From NCBI GenBank assembly GCA_963745575.1, contig CAVUYA010000030.1, positions 27,913 to 91,912 on the forward strand: a stretch of DNA of 64,000 bases. Direction: 5' to 3'. Of this stretch, positions 1 to 9,505 are shown piece by piece. This stretch comes from an uncultured Actinomycetota bacterium. GTDB taxonomy: Bacteria; Actinomycetota; Actinomycetes; Streptosporangiales; Streptosporangiaceae. Made by a program: the position numbers and the translations under genes. Position 1 is the stretch's first letter, and each line of letters starts with the position of its first letter. Below the pieces are notes generated by a model. It was not told where the DNA came from. It was given only the letters and a program-made list of their open reading frames with translations, and did no database searches.

Positions 1-594
1 CGCCAGCGAGAGCTGGTAGGCGGCCTGGCCGGCGACCGTCACGTTCTGCTGCAGCCCGACGGTGGTCGTCTTGCCGACCGCGGCCAGGATCTGCTGCGCG
101 AGCTGCTGCGGGGTAGGCAGGGCCGGCGCGGGAGTACCGGGCGCGTGGCCGGCGCCGGCGGGCAGCAGGTAGTGGGTGGCCTGGTTGGTCCGGCTGTTCC
201 AGAGCCAGACGCTGTTCCCGTCCGCGCGGAGGTCGGCCTCGCCCAGCGGCACCGGGACCGCGATCCTGACCCGGGTCGGGCCGTCGTACCAGACCTTGAG
301 CGTGTGCGTGCCGGACAGCAGCGACAGCCCGGACAGCGGGTCGTCCGCGCCGGGCAGGTCGGGCAGCCCCAGCGAGGCGGTCTCCTGGGCCACCCCGGTG
401 AAGGCGGACGGCCAGGCCGCCGGGCTGTCCACGGCGGCGATCAGCTGGGCGGTGGTGCGGGCGGGCAGCCTGGGCGTGGCCTGGGCGCCGCCGATCACGG
501 ACGCGGCGATGACGATCCCGACCGCGGCCACCGCGCCGAGAGGTACGGCCCACCTCGCCCGGCGCCGGCGCACCAGGTCCGCTGCCGATGGCAT
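1..594 (-). CDS. LolA-like / DUF2092-type secreted protein (3' end lies beyond window start)
   Basis: Own minus-strand translation: MPSAADLVRRRRARWAVPLGAVAAVGIVIAAS (anchor/signal helix), then LLSGTHTLKVWYDGPTRVRIAVP...NSVWLWNSRTNQATH, typical of actinobacterial LolA-like proteins. GGAGG lies about 11 nt upstream of ATG 594. Absent from the ORF track because it runs off the window. Confidence 0.55.
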   Translation of the reverse strand, partial: MPSAADLVRRRRARWAVPLGAVAAVGIVIAASVIGGAQATPRLPARTTAQLIAAVDSPAAWPSAFTGVAQETASLGLPDLPGADDPLSGLSLLSGTHTLKVWYDGPTRVRIAVPVPLGEADLRADGNSVWLWNSRTNQATHYLLPAGAGHAPGTPAPALPTPQQLAQQILAAVGKTTTVGLQQNVTVAGQAAYQLSLA

Positions 595-647
595 GTTCAC
601 TGGGACCTCCGGGAGTTACCGCTCCCCTCCGAGCATACGGCGCGCCG

Positions 648-1613
648 CTACCACCGGCCCCAGGGCAGCAGCGCGGTCACCGCGACCGCGGTGAACAGCA
701 AGGTCAGGTAGGCAATCGACCGGTGGAACAGCCGCATCGGCGCGGGCGCGTCGCCCGCGGCCACCCGGGCGCGCAGGGCGTGGGCCTCGACCAGGAACCA
801 GGCCCCGAGGCCGAGCGCGCAGGCCCCGTACAGCCAGCCGGCGTACGGGACCAGGGCGAGCGTGACCGCGACCATGACGTAGGAGTAGCCGAGGATCTTC
901 GCCACGACCTCGCCGACCGGCGCGACGACCGGCAGCATCGGCACGTTCGCCGCCGCGTAGTCGTCGCGGAACTTGATGGCCAGCGCCCAGAAGTGCGGCG
1001 GGGTCCAGAAGAAGATGACGCCGAACAGCACGATCGCGGGCAGGGCGACCCGCCCGGTGACCGCCGCCCAGCCGACCAGGACGGGGAAGCAGCCTGCCGC
1101 TCCGCCGATGACGATGTTGGATGCCGTGCGCCGCTTCAGCCCGAGCGTGTAGACGAACACGTAGAACAGGATCGCCGCGTCGGCCAGCGCCGCGGCCAGC
1201 CAGTTGACCAGGGTGCCCAGCAGCACGGTGGACGCGGCCCCCAGCAGGATCCCGAACACCAGGGCCTCGGCCGGCCTGATGACCGCCCGGTTTCCCTTGG
1301 CCACCAGCGGCCGGCGCGAGGTACGCCGCATGACCGCGTCGATGTCGCGGTCGATGTAACAGTTGATGGTGTTGGCGCTGCCCGCGGCCAGCGTGCCGCC
1401 GAGCAGGGTGACGGCGATCAGCTCCGCCGCGGGCAGCCCGCGCCGCGCGAGCAGCATCGTCGGCACCGTCGTGATCAGCAGCTCGACGATGATCCGCGGC
1501 TTGGTCAGGGCCAGCAGCGACTTGGCCATCACGCGCGCCGAGCGCCGGCCGCCGGGCGGCGCGTACGCCGACCCGGTCCCCTGGCCGGGCAGCGCGCCCG
1601 TGGCCTGTGTCAC
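648..1613 (-). CDS. ctaB: Protoheme IX farnesyltransferase (heme O synthase)
   Basis: 321-aa polytopic ORF with UbiA-family CtaB/CyoE signatures ([40 protein letters not shown]). GTG start overlaps the stop of the upstream ORF (GTGA at 1610-1613). Confidence 0.9.
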   Translation of the reverse strand: MTQATGALPGQGTGSAYAPPGGRRSARVMAKSLLALTKPRIIVELLITTVPTMLLARRGLPAAELIAVTLLGGTLAAGSANTINCYIDRDIDAVMRRTSRRPLVAKGNRAVIRPAEALVFGILLGAASTVLLGTLVNWLAAALADAAILFYVFVYTLGLKRRTASNIVIGGAAGCFPVLVGWAAVTGRVALPAIVLFGVIFFWTPPHFWALAIKFRDDYAAANVPMLPVVAPVGEVVAKILGYSYVMVAVTLALVPYAGWLYGACALGLGAWFLVEAHALRARVAAGDAPAPMRLFHRSIAYLTLLFTAVAVTALLPWGRW

Positions 1614-2002
1614 TCGCTGCCCTCCGTGCCGTCGGTCGTCCCGTAACCCGATCCGCCCGTAACCCTACCGGTCCCGCCTGCGGCGTCACCCCCGGCACCG
1701 GGCACGATGTCCCGTTCCGCCCCGGCCGGCTCGGTGGCCGATTCCGCGGACCCGCCGCCGGACGCGGTCGGCATCCCGGCCGCGGTCGCGGAGGCACGGG
1801 CCGCCCCGGCGCTCGGGGTAGCGCCGGACGCGGTGGCGTACACCACGCGCTGCGCCGGAACCCTCGGATGCGGCCTGCTGAACAGCAGGATGTAGAGCAC
1901 CGTGGCCACGATGGCGAACAGGATGACCAGGAACGCGAACGTCAGGACGGCCCCGCCCATGGAGTTGTCCGACGTCGCGTACGCGAGATTAGTTATCGCC
2001 AC
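1610..2002 (-). CDS. Small membrane protein, one TM helix plus Gly/Ala/Ser/Thr-rich tail (unknown function)
   Basis: 130-aa ORF. Strong AGGAGG 5 nt upstream of GTG 2002. TM helix [24 protein letters not shown]. Translationally coupled to ctaB. Confidence 0.55.
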   Translation of the reverse strand: MAITNLAYATSDNSMGGAVLTFAFLVILFAIVATVLYILLFSRPHPRVPAQRVVYATASGATPSAGAARASATAAGMPTASGGGSAESATEPAGAERDIVPGAGGDAAGGTGRVTGGSGYGTTDGTEGSE

Positions 2003-2048
2003 TTGAGCCTCCTGCTGCGAATGAATTCGCTGTCATCGGGAAACACCG

Positions 2049-2936
2049 TCATCTGAACCTGGGGCGGGACGGCCAGGCCGAACCGCGCCGCGCCGGATCG
2101 GGCTGGGCCAGCAGCCGGTCGAGGCCGGTCGAGAGCGCGGCTGACTCCTCGTCGCCCAGCCACCGCAGCAGAATGGCCACCGCGGCCGGGATCACCGGGA
2201 GCAGCATGCCCATCCACAGCACCGCGCCGGACAGTTGCTGATCGTCGAGCACCGTCATCACGTGATGCGCCGCGTTGGCGTAGGCCGGGTAGATCACGCT
2301 CGCGCCGAACACCAGCACCATGCCGAGCACGGTGAACACCGCCACGGTGCCGGCCAGCAGCGCCGCCCGCCGCAGCGGCGCCGGGGCCGGGCTCCACGGC
2401 CGCGAGCCGATCAGCTGCAGCCAGAACAGGATCCCGGCGCCGAGGTACAGCAGGTACTCGGCGGCGGCCGCGGCGCGGCTGGCCGGCATCAGGTCGAACA
2501 GCGCCGTCAGGTGCCAGGCCACCCAGATCACGTTGAACGCCACCACGGTGGCCACCGGCCAGCGCAGCCACCAGGGCGGCGGCCCGGCCGCCTGGCTCCC
2601 GCCCGGGGCCGGGCGGCCCAGGCCCCGGGCCAGGGCGGCCCACGGCGCGCCGAGCACGATCAGGCCCGGCGCCACGAGGGCGAGCGTGAGGTCCTGGATC
2701 GCCCGCACCCAGATGTAGACCCCGGACCAGTAGCCGAGCGGCGACACGATGGCCGCCGCGGCGAGCAGCAGCCCGCCCTGAAAGACGGCCGCCTCCCTGA
2801 TCACCGCGCCCCGGCCGGCCGCGGGGCGGCCGGACAGCAGCCGCAGCAGCCCGGCCAGGTGCACGCCGGCCACCGCCGCGTAGATGATCAGCACCGGCCA
2901 GCTAGCCGACCAGTGCGACCACAGGAACCGGCTCAT
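2049..2936 (-). CDS. Cytochrome c oxidase assembly factor, Caa3_CtaG-like (divergent copy)
   Basis: 295-aa polytopic membrane ORF between ctaE and ctaB. Overall resemblance to the 13783-14691 CtaG paralog (APGLIVLGAPW vs APVLIVAGAPW, FWLQLIGS vs FWLQFIPS), but lacks that paralog's HMVQH motif. Confidence 0.6.
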   Translation of the reverse strand: MSRFLWSHWSASWPVLIIYAAVAGVHLAGLLRLLSGRPAAGRGAVIREAAVFQGGLLLAAAAIVSPLGYWSGVYIWVRAIQDLTLALVAPGLIVLGAPWAALARGLGRPAPGGSQAAGPPPWWLRWPVATVVAFNVIWVAWHLTALFDLMPASRAAAAAEYLLYLGAGILFWLQLIGSRPWSPAPAPLRRAALLAGTVAVFTVLGMVLVFGASVIYPAYANAAHHVMTVLDDQQLSGAVLWMGMLLPVIPAAVAILLRWLGDEESAALSTGLDRLLAQPDPARRGSAWPSRPRFR

Positions 2937-2948
2937 CAGGATCTCGGG

Positions 2949-3617
2949 TCAGTGGACCAGGTAGAACAGTACCCAGGCGATGATCGCGACCACCGCCAGG
3001 TAGTTCCAGACGACGGTGAACGCGCTCAGTGAGGCCTGGAACCGCTGCACGGCAAAGGCTTCCGCGTAGGTCGGCGGCTGCTCGACGAAGGCCATTTCCG
3101 GGATCGACCGTGCCCGCATGATCAGGGTCTCCAGCCAGACCATCGCACCGAACACGACGACCATGAACACCGGCCAGAACCCCACGAAGACGCTGGCGAA
3201 CCCGGACGAGCCCGGCCAGAAGGGCAGGTCGGTCAGCTGCCAGATCTGAATCGCGATGGCCACCAGGCCGAGCACCAGGGCCAGCAGCGCGCCGCCCTGC
3301 CAGGCGCCCTTGTGGCCGGCCTTGATCCGCTGCAGCGCCAGGGTCTGCACCGCCGCGCTCACCACGATCAGCAGCAGGACCACGATGCCCACCCAGGCCT
3401 GCGGGCCCTTGAAGCCCGCCGGATACCACAGGTCGTGCGAGTTCAGCGAGCGCAGGTAGAAGAACGCGAACACGAACGCGCCCAGCCCGAAGGTCAGGCC
3501 GCCCAGGGCCAGCCGGGCGCCGGTCCACGCGGAGTTCAGCGCGGCCTCGTGGTAGAAGCCCGCCTCCTCGACTTCCCTGGTCAGCCCGGCCGGGGGCCGA
3601 GCGGTCGTCTCGGCCAT
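2949..3617 (-). CDS. ctaE: Heme-copper oxidase subunit III
   Basis: 222-aa ORF with 5 TM helices immediately downstream of ctaD (2-nt gap). Subunit III-like layout (FYHEAALNSAW...FFYLRS...). Confidence 0.7.
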   Translation of the reverse strand: MAETTARPPAGLTREVEEAGFYHEAALNSAWTGARLALGGLTFGLGAFVFAFFYLRSLNSHDLWYPAGFKGPQAWVGIVVLLLIVVSAAVQTLALQRIKAGHKGAWQGGALLALVLGLVAIAIQIWQLTDLPFWPGSSGFASVFVGFWPVFMVVVFGAMVWLETLIMRARSIPEMAFVEQPPTYAEAFAVQRFQASLSAFTVVWNYLAVVAIIAWVLFYLVH

Positions 3618-3619
3618 GG

Positions 3620-5605
3620 CTATGCCTCCGCTCTGGCGGTCTCGGTCCCCGCGAAGGCGGCGCTGACCACCCCGGCCGGCGGGTTCAGGTCGGCGACGGG
3701 CGGGGCGCCGGGCGTGCCGTACTCATACGGCCCGGACAGCACCACCGGGACGTGGGCGAAGTTGCCCGGCGGCGGCGGCGAGGACACTTGCCATTCCAGC
3801 CCGCGGGACCGCCACGGGTTGCCCTCTTCCCGCACCCGGGCGATGACCGTGGAGTACACGAAGTTGATCACGAAGATCAGGATCGACCCGCCCAGGAAGA
3901 ACGCGGAGATCGACACCCAGTCGTTCAGGGTCTCCAGGTTCCGCGCGTACTCGAACACCCGGCGCGGCTGGCCGGCCATGCCGACCGCGAACAGCGGCAG
4001 GAACGTCGAGTTGAAGAAGATGAACATGGTCCAGAAGTGCCACTTGCCGAGCGTCTGGTTCAGCTTGATCCCCATCATCTTCGGCAGCCAGTAGTAGCAG
4101 CCGCCGAAGAACGCGAAGATCAGCCCGCCCATGATCGTGTAGTGGAAGTGCGCCATCACGAAGAACGATCCGTGCTCGGTGGTGTCGGCCGGCACATCGG
4201 ACAGGAACACCCCGGAGATGCCGCCGATCAGGAAGTTGAAGAAGAACGCGAGCGCGAACAGCATCGGCACCGTGAACCTGATCCTCGCCTTCCACAGCGT
4301 GCCCATCGCCACCAGGAAGATGAACCCGGTCGGGATCGAGATCAGCTCGGTGGTGAGCATGAACACCGGGCGCATGTCCGGGTTGATGCCGGACATGAAC
4401 AGGTGGTGCTGCCACACGAAGAAGCTCAGCAGCGTCACCCCGATCATCCCGGCCGCCGCCACCTTGTAGCCGAACAGCGGCTTGCGGCAGAACACCGGCA
4501 GGATCTCCGAGACGATCCCGAACCCCGGCAGGGCCAGGATGTACACCTCGGGGTGGCCGAAGAACCAGAACACGTTCTGGTACAGGTAGCTGCTGCCGCC
4601 GAGCGTGTCGGTGAAGAACGCGGTCTGCGCGGTCCGGTCGGCGAGCATCATGTACATGCCGGCGATCAGCACCGGCCCGGCCAGCACCATGAGGAACGAG
4701 GTCGAGATCATCGCCCACACGAATATCGGCAGCCGGCTCCAGCGCATTCCGGGAGCGCGGTAGCAGATGACGGTGACGATCAGGTTGAACCCGAGCAGGA
4801 TGATCGAGAACCCCATCAGCCCGAACGCCATCGCGTAGGAGTCCGCACCGAGCGTCGACTGGATGGACAGCGGGGCGTACCCGGTCCAGCCGAACGGGAA
4901 CCCGCCGAGCATGAGGCTGGACAGCAGGATCAGGAACGCGACCGGGGTGAGCCAGAACGACAGCGCCTCGAGCCGGGGGAAGGCCACCCGCTTGGACCCG
5001 ATCATCAGCGGCACGAGGTAGTTGCCGAACGGCCCGAGGATGACCGAGCTCATCAGCATCATCATCATCGTGCCGTGCTCGCCGACGATCTGGACGTACA
5101 CCTGGGAGCTGAACAGGTGATACGTCGGCGAGAGCAGTTCCGCGCGGATGGCCATGGCGAACAGGCCGGCCGTGCAGAAGTAGATGATCATGCCGATCAG
5201 GTACTGGATCCCGACCACCTTGTGGTCGAGGGTGAACCTGAAGTACCGGGACACGCTGGTGTCGGCCGCTTCCTCCTCGGTCTCCACCTTGACCGGCCGG
5301 CCCGCGATCTGGCGCAGCAGGTCGTTGAACACGCCGAGCCCGGCCAGCCAGCCGACCACGGCGAGCGCGTAGCCGAGCACGATCGGCCAGTCGCTAGAGT
5401 CGGACAGCGGGAGGTTCGGGTACTCGGTGGCCACGTCGCTGCTGGCCAGGAAGTTGCCGAGCAGGTGCCCGATCAGGTAGCCGATCACCGCCCCGACGAT
5501 CGCCGTGTGGATCGCCGGGCGCATCCACCAGGGGCGCCGTCTCCGCGAGGCGTGCCCGCTGTCCCCCGCACCGTGCGCCCTCTCCGGCTGTGTCTCGATG
5601 GCCAT
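3620..5605 (-). CDS. ctaD: Cytochrome c oxidase subunit I (long form, 661 aa)
   Basis: Canonical motifs: WFFGHPEVYILALPGFGIVSEI (CuB His, cross-link Tyr), WQHHLF, FFVMAHFHYTIMGG. Has N- and C-terminal extensions. Confidence 0.95.
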   Translation of the reverse strand: MAIETQPERAHGAGDSGHASRRRRPWWMRPAIHTAIVGAVIGYLIGHLLGNFLASSDVATEYPNLPLSDSSDWPIVLGYALAVVGWLAGLGVFNDLLRQIAGRPVKVETEEEAADTSVSRYFRFTLDHKVVGIQYLIGMIIYFCTAGLFAMAIRAELLSPTYHLFSSQVYVQIVGEHGTMMMMLMSSVILGPFGNYLVPLMIGSKRVAFPRLEALSFWLTPVAFLILLSSLMLGGFPFGWTGYAPLSIQSTLGADSYAMAFGLMGFSIILLGFNLIVTVICYRAPGMRWSRLPIFVWAMISTSFLMVLAGPVLIAGMYMMLADRTAQTAFFTDTLGGSSYLYQNVFWFFGHPEVYILALPGFGIVSEILPVFCRKPLFGYKVAAAGMIGVTLLSFFVWQHHLFMSGINPDMRPVFMLTTELISIPTGFIFLVAMGTLWKARIRFTVPMLFALAFFFNFLIGGISGVFLSDVPADTTEHGSFFVMAHFHYTIMGGLIFAFFGGCYYWLPKMMGIKLNQTLGKWHFWTMFIFFNSTFLPLFAVGMAGQPRRVFEYARNLETLNDWVSISAFFLGGSILIFVINFVYSTVIARVREEGNPWRSRGLEWQVSSPPPPGNFAHVPVVLSGPYEYGTPGAPPVADLNPPAGVVSAAFAGTETARAEA

Positions 5606-5683
5606 CCGGTCACCTCTTCATCGCTGTGTCGGCCCGGGGGGACGACTCCCCGGGGTCACGCGCGTGGTCATGTCGGCCGCCGC

Positions 5684-6634
5684 TCATGGCTGGTACGGAT
5701 CCTGCGGCGCGTAGAAGAAGCCCTGCGCTCCGTTGAATCCGCCCGCGACCATGGCCTTGCTCATCTGCGGGATGAACGTCGGGTCGTAGGTCAGGGAGTA
5801 AGGCGGCAGCGCCGCGGTCACATCGGCCAGCTTCGCCTGGGTGACCTTGGCCCAGGCCTGGAAGGCCGCCGGGGACAGGGCCTGGCCGTAGTCGAACATC
5901 GCGCCGTGCCAGAGCCCGCACAGCTCGGCGCAGCGCACGACGAAGGTCCCGGTGTGGTCGATCTTGGTGAAGGCCACGTTGTTCACGCCGGGGTTGGCGT
6001 CGGCCTTGACCCCGAGCTGGTAGGCCCAGAAGCTGTGGATCACGTCGATCGAGGTCACGTTGAACTGCACCCACTGGTTGGCCGGGAGCACCAGGTCGGT
6101 GGTCTCGAACCCGCCGAACTGCGGGTAACGGTAGGTGAACTTCCACTGCTGCCCGATGACCTGCACCTGCAGCACCGGGCCGCTGGGCACCTGGAGCGGG
6201 CTGGCTCCCTGGCCGCCGCCCGCGCCGTTCGACGTGTACAGGGTCACGGTGCCGAAGACGAACAGCGCCAGCACGATCACCGAGGTCAGGGTGATCCAGA
6301 TGGCCTGGATCCGGGTGTTGCCGTGCAGCGCCGGCCCGTCCTGCTCATCCTCGGGCTTGGCGCGCCAGACGACCAGCGCGTAGATGAAGTAGACCAGCAC
6401 CAGCACCATGACCGGCGCCGCCATCACCGCCATCACGCGGATGGTGAACTGCTGGGTGGACGCGGACGAGGACATCGCGCCGGGCGGCAGGTGCGGGCCC
6501 CACACGAACCAGATGATCAGGTCGGCGGCCAGGGAGAGGATCAGCCAGATGACGAAGATCCGCAGGCCGTGGTTGGGCCCGGACGGCCCCGCGGCGTGCT
6601 GCGGGGTCGATGTGGGCGGCGCCTCGGCGGCCAT
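5684..6634 (-). CDS. ctaC: Cytochrome c oxidase subunit II (CuA, no heme c domain)
   Basis: Start MAAEAPP at ATG 6634 inside the 592-aa track ORF. Two TM helices. CuA ligands DVIHSFW and CAELCGLWHGAM. No CxxCH motif. Confidence 0.9.
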   Translation of the reverse strand: MAAEAPPTSTPQHAAGPSGPNHGLRIFVIWLILSLAADLIIWFVWGPHLPPGAMSSSASTQQFTIRVMAVMAAPVMVLVLVYFIYALVVWRAKPEDEQDGPALHGNTRIQAIWITLTSVIVLALFVFGTVTLYTSNGAGGGQGASPLQVPSGPVLQVQVIGQQWKFTYRYPQFGGFETTDLVLPANQWVQFNVTSIDVIHSFWAYQLGVKADANPGVNNVAFTKIDHTGTFVVRCAELCGLWHGAMFDYGQALSPAAFQAWAKVTQAKLADVTAALPPYSLTYDPTFIPQMSKAMVAGGFNGAQGFFYAPQDPYQP

Positions 6635-7389
6635 CAGGACACCACCGTCATGTTTCCGGTCATGAACCCGATCGTCTGCATGGGACCACCAAATCCGGTG
6701 AGGAAACCGCCGCCGCAGGGCACCCGGCACTGCCAGTAGTACTCGCCGGTCGTGTGCGGCGTGATGAAGCTGAACTGCATCACCCGGTACGGGACCTGGG
6801 CCGGGGTCCCCGGCTGGCACGGCGCGGTGGGGCACAGGCCCGGCTTGTTGGCCTGGATCAGCCCCGGCGTGGCCATCGGCACGTTCAGGTTGATGGACGG
6901 GATCGAGAACGTGTGCCCGACGTTGCACCCCGACCACGAGTTGATGAAGCTGTACGCCTTGCCGTTGACGTCCACGGTGTTGCCGATGACGCCGGTGACC
7001 TTGCCCCAGTACGGATTGCGCAGCGGCGTGCAGCCGTCGAACCCGTAGATGGTCATGTCGATCCGGGAGCCCGCGGGCACCGAGAACAGCGTGGTGTGCA
7101 CCCAGGCCTTGGTCTGCGGATTCTGGATGAAGTAGGAGACCCAGTCCGGATGGGTGCTGACCGTGTTCTCCGGAGCTTCCTGCATGACGACGTGGACGGT
7201 CGCGCCGGTGTTCGCGGCCACGCCGCAGGAGTAGTCGACCATCGGCGGGCCGCCGAGGAAGTAGTGCAGCACGACGAATGCCCCGATCGCGACGACTCCG
7301 AGGAACGCCACGACCAGGAGGGAAACCCGGGCCGGCAAGGACACCAGCCACCACCTCGCTTCTGTACGCGAGCATCGCTGACCGGGCAA
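6634..7389 (-). CDS. Membrane-anchored CoxII-like cupredoxin-domain protein with degenerate CuA-type motif
   Basis: 251-aa ORF whose stop overlaps the ctaC start (ATGA 6631-6634). N-terminal TM helix. NVGHTFSIPS resembles the CoxII HSF motif. C-R-V-P-C-G...GGPM resembles CxxxCG..M, but no second His follows. The start may lie downstream of 7389. Confidence 0.6.
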   Translation of the reverse strand: MPGQRCSRTEARWWLVSLPARVSLLVVAFLGVVAIGAFVVLHYFLGGPPMVDYSCGVAANTGATVHVVMQEAPENTVSTHPDWVSYFIQNPQTKAWVHTTLFSVPAGSRIDMTIYGFDGCTPLRNPYWGKVTGVIGNTVDVNGKAYSFINSWSGCNVGHTFSIPSINLNVPMATPGLIQANKPGLCPTAPCQPGTPAQVPYRVMQFSFITPHTTGEYYWQCRVPCGGGFLTGFGGPMQTIGFMTGNMTVVS

Positions 7390-7752
7390 GCGTCTTGGCG
7401 CGTCCGGCCACGGAAGCTGTCTCTAGCTCCCGATCTTGGCGCCGGGGCGGCGAGCGCGGCAAGGACGACCGCCCTGAATGACGAAATTGTCATGATCACG
7501 CGGGCTGGCCGGGCCCGGCTTCCTCCGCCAACGCCCTCCGTCGCCGCACGCAACGCGCTACTTTGTCACGATCTGCTGGTCCGATATCGCCCAGAGTCAC
7601 CACCCTGGCGGGTGGCCGGGCCGGGATCATGCAAAGGTTTGCGGTCAGGTCATACCGCTTGACCGGGACTACCCGAATGGAGTAGATCCTGTGCTAAGCA
7701 CTAACAACGTGCCGAGGGGCGGGTCGGTCGCCACACCCGCTGATGTGGCCCA

Positions 7753-8466
7753 GTGCGGAGTGAAGTGCGCCAAATGATCACAGACCGGTTGACCCACAAT
7801 CCGGTAGTACCGCGCATATTGCTGGTCGACGATGAGCCGAAGATCCAGGGGTTCATCGCCCGCGCGCTGACGGCCGCCGGGTATGAGATCGATTGCGCCT
7901 CGGGCGGCACCGAAGCACTCCGGCGGGCCAGCCTCGGTGACTACGGCCTGGTCATCCTCGATTTGATCATGCCGGACATGGACGGGAGATCGGTGCTGAC
8001 CGCGCTGCTCCGCGAGCGTCCCGAGCAGCCGGTGCTGGTGCTCTCCTGCCTGGACGACGTGACGACCAAGGTCTGCTGCCTGGACCTGGGCGCGCACGAC
8101 TACCTGACCAAGCCGTTCTCGCTGGAGGAACTGCTGGCCCGGGTGCGGGTCCAGCTGCGCGGCGAGCCGCACCAGGCGGGCGAGGTGCTCCGGGCGGGCG
8201 ATCTCGTCCTCGATGTCGGCCGGCTCCAGGCCGACATCGGAGCGGGCCCGGTCCCCCTGACCCGGCTGGAGTTCCTGCTGCTCCGGGAGCTCATGGAGCA
8301 CGCGGGCCAGTCGGTGCGCAAGGATCAGCTGCTGGCGTCCATCTGGGGCTACGATTTCGACCCCGGTTCCAACGTCGTGGACGTCTGCGTCCGGCGGCTC
8401 CGGTCGAAGCTCGGCTTCGACCTGATCAAGACGGTGCGTGGTGCCGGATATCAGCTTGCCTCCTAG
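7753..8466 (+). CDS. OmpR/PhoB-family response regulator
   Basis: Receiver domain (ILLVDDEP...LVILDLIMPDMDG...DDYLTKPF) plus winged-helix output (LTRLEFLLLRELM...VRGAGYQL). True start possibly ATG 7774. Confidence 0.9.
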   Translation: MRSEVRQMITDRLTHNPVVPRILLVDDEPKIQGFIARALTAAGYEIDCASGGTEALRRASLGDYGLVILDLIMPDMDGRSVLTALLRERPEQPVLVLSCLDDVTTKVCCLDLGAHDYLTKPFSLEELLARVRVQLRGEPHQAGEVLRAGDLVLDVGRLQADIGAGPVPLTRLEFLLLRELMEHAGQSVRKDQLLASIWGYDFDPGSNVVDVCVRRLRSKLGFDLIKTVRGAGYQLAS

Positions 8467-9505
8467 CGAGACCGCCACCAGCCAGCCGGTGCCCGGGCCC
8501 GCCCGGGAGCTGGCCGGCCCCCCCGGCCAGGTTCTGCGGCGCCTGAGCCAGGCCGGCGGCCGGCGGCCCGACGTGCTCGACCTCACCTGGCTGCTGCTCT
8601 GGCTGATCGGGCTCGTCTGCATCGTGATCTACGCCCGGTGGGACACCGTCCCCTTCCACTACGTCTGGATCACCCTGGCGCTGCTGACGTTCGGGGTGCT
8701 GATGCGGCAGGCCCACCGCCGGCAGGCCGCGGACACCGAGCGGGTCCGCGTCAGCGAGGAGAACGCCCGGCTGCTCGCGGCCCAGCGCAGGTTCCTCCAG
8801 GACGCCTCGCATCAGCTCCGGACCCCGATCACGATCGCCCTGGGCCACGCCGAGCTGCTGGCCCGCGACCTGACCGACGCCGGAAACCGCCACGACATCA
8901 ACCTGGTGGTCGGCGAGCTGACCCGGCTCAAGAGCCTCGCCGAGCGGCTGCTGCTCATCGCCACGTCGGAGAACCCCGATTTCCTCCGCCCCGAGCCGGT
9001 CCCGCTCGACCTGTTCGTGATGGAGGTGCTGCGGCGCTGGCGGCCCGCCGCGCCGCGGCGCTGGCAGCTCGGGCGGCTCGACGCGGCGACGGTCAGCGCC
9101 GACCGCGAGCGCCTCGGGCTGGCGGTGGACGCGCTGCTGGAGAACGCCGTCCAGCACACCCTCACCGACGACGTGATCAGGCTGTCGGTCTGGGGGGACA
9201 GCGCGCTGGCCCGCGTGGTGGTGGAGGACGCCGGGTCCGGGATCCCGCGCGCCGAGCTCGCCTACATCTTCGACCGGTTCCGGACCGGATCGAGCCCCGA
9301 CGGGACCAGGGGTACCGGCCTGGGCCTGGCGCTGGCCCGCGCGATCGCGCACGGGCACGGCGGGGAGGTACTGGCGCGCAGCGTGCCCGGCGCGGGCAGT
9401 ACATTCGAGCTCGTGCTCCCCGCGACCACCCCGCCCGCCGTTCCGGCGCACTTCACCGCTCCCGCGCAGGCCGGCGACCCGTGCGGGGAGCTGAGGATGT
9501 TATGA
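8438..9505 (+). CDS. Sensor histidine kinase (HisKA + HATPase_c)
   Basis: H-box FLQDASHQLRTPIT, N-box LLENAVQHT, G-boxes DAGSGIP and GTGLGLALARAI. Overlaps the regulator's stop. Stop overlaps the next start (ATGA 9502-9505). Confidence 0.85.
   Translation: MVPDISLPPSETATSQPVPGPARELAGPPGQVLRRLSQAGGRRPDVLDLTWLLLWLIGLVCIVIYARWDTVPFHYVWITLALLTFGVLMRQAHRRQAADTERVRVSEENARLLAAQRRFLQDASHQLRTPITIALGHAELLARDLTDAGNRHDINLVVGELTRLKSLAERLLLIATSENPDFLRPEPVPLDLFVMEVLRRWRPAAPRRWQLGRLDAATVSADRERLGLAVDALLENAVQHTLTDDVIRLSVWGDSALARVVVEDAGSGIPRAELAYIFDRFRTGSSPDGTRGTGLGLALARAIAHGHGGEVLARSVPGAGSTFELVLPATTPPAVPAHFTAPAQAGDPCGELRML

Noticed and set aside
5684-6634. Cytochrome c domain fused to CoxII (caa3-type)
   Set aside because: There is no CxxCH motif anywhere in the protein. 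The C-terminal extension is not heme-binding by sequence.
3752-6739. 995-aa plus-strand ORF, the longest in the track
   Set aside because: It is antisense to ctaD and ctaC, which have unmistakable oxidase motifs. Its translation is R/E/H/D/P-rich low complexity. This is a typical high-GC shadow ORF.
5684-7462. 592-aa minus-strand ORF read as one large CoxII fusion
   Set aside because: Only the last 316 aa (from ATG 6634) are CoxII-like. The upstream 276 aa are R/H/G-rich and overlap the cupredoxin gene, which sits in another frame and has a TM helix and cupredoxin motifs.
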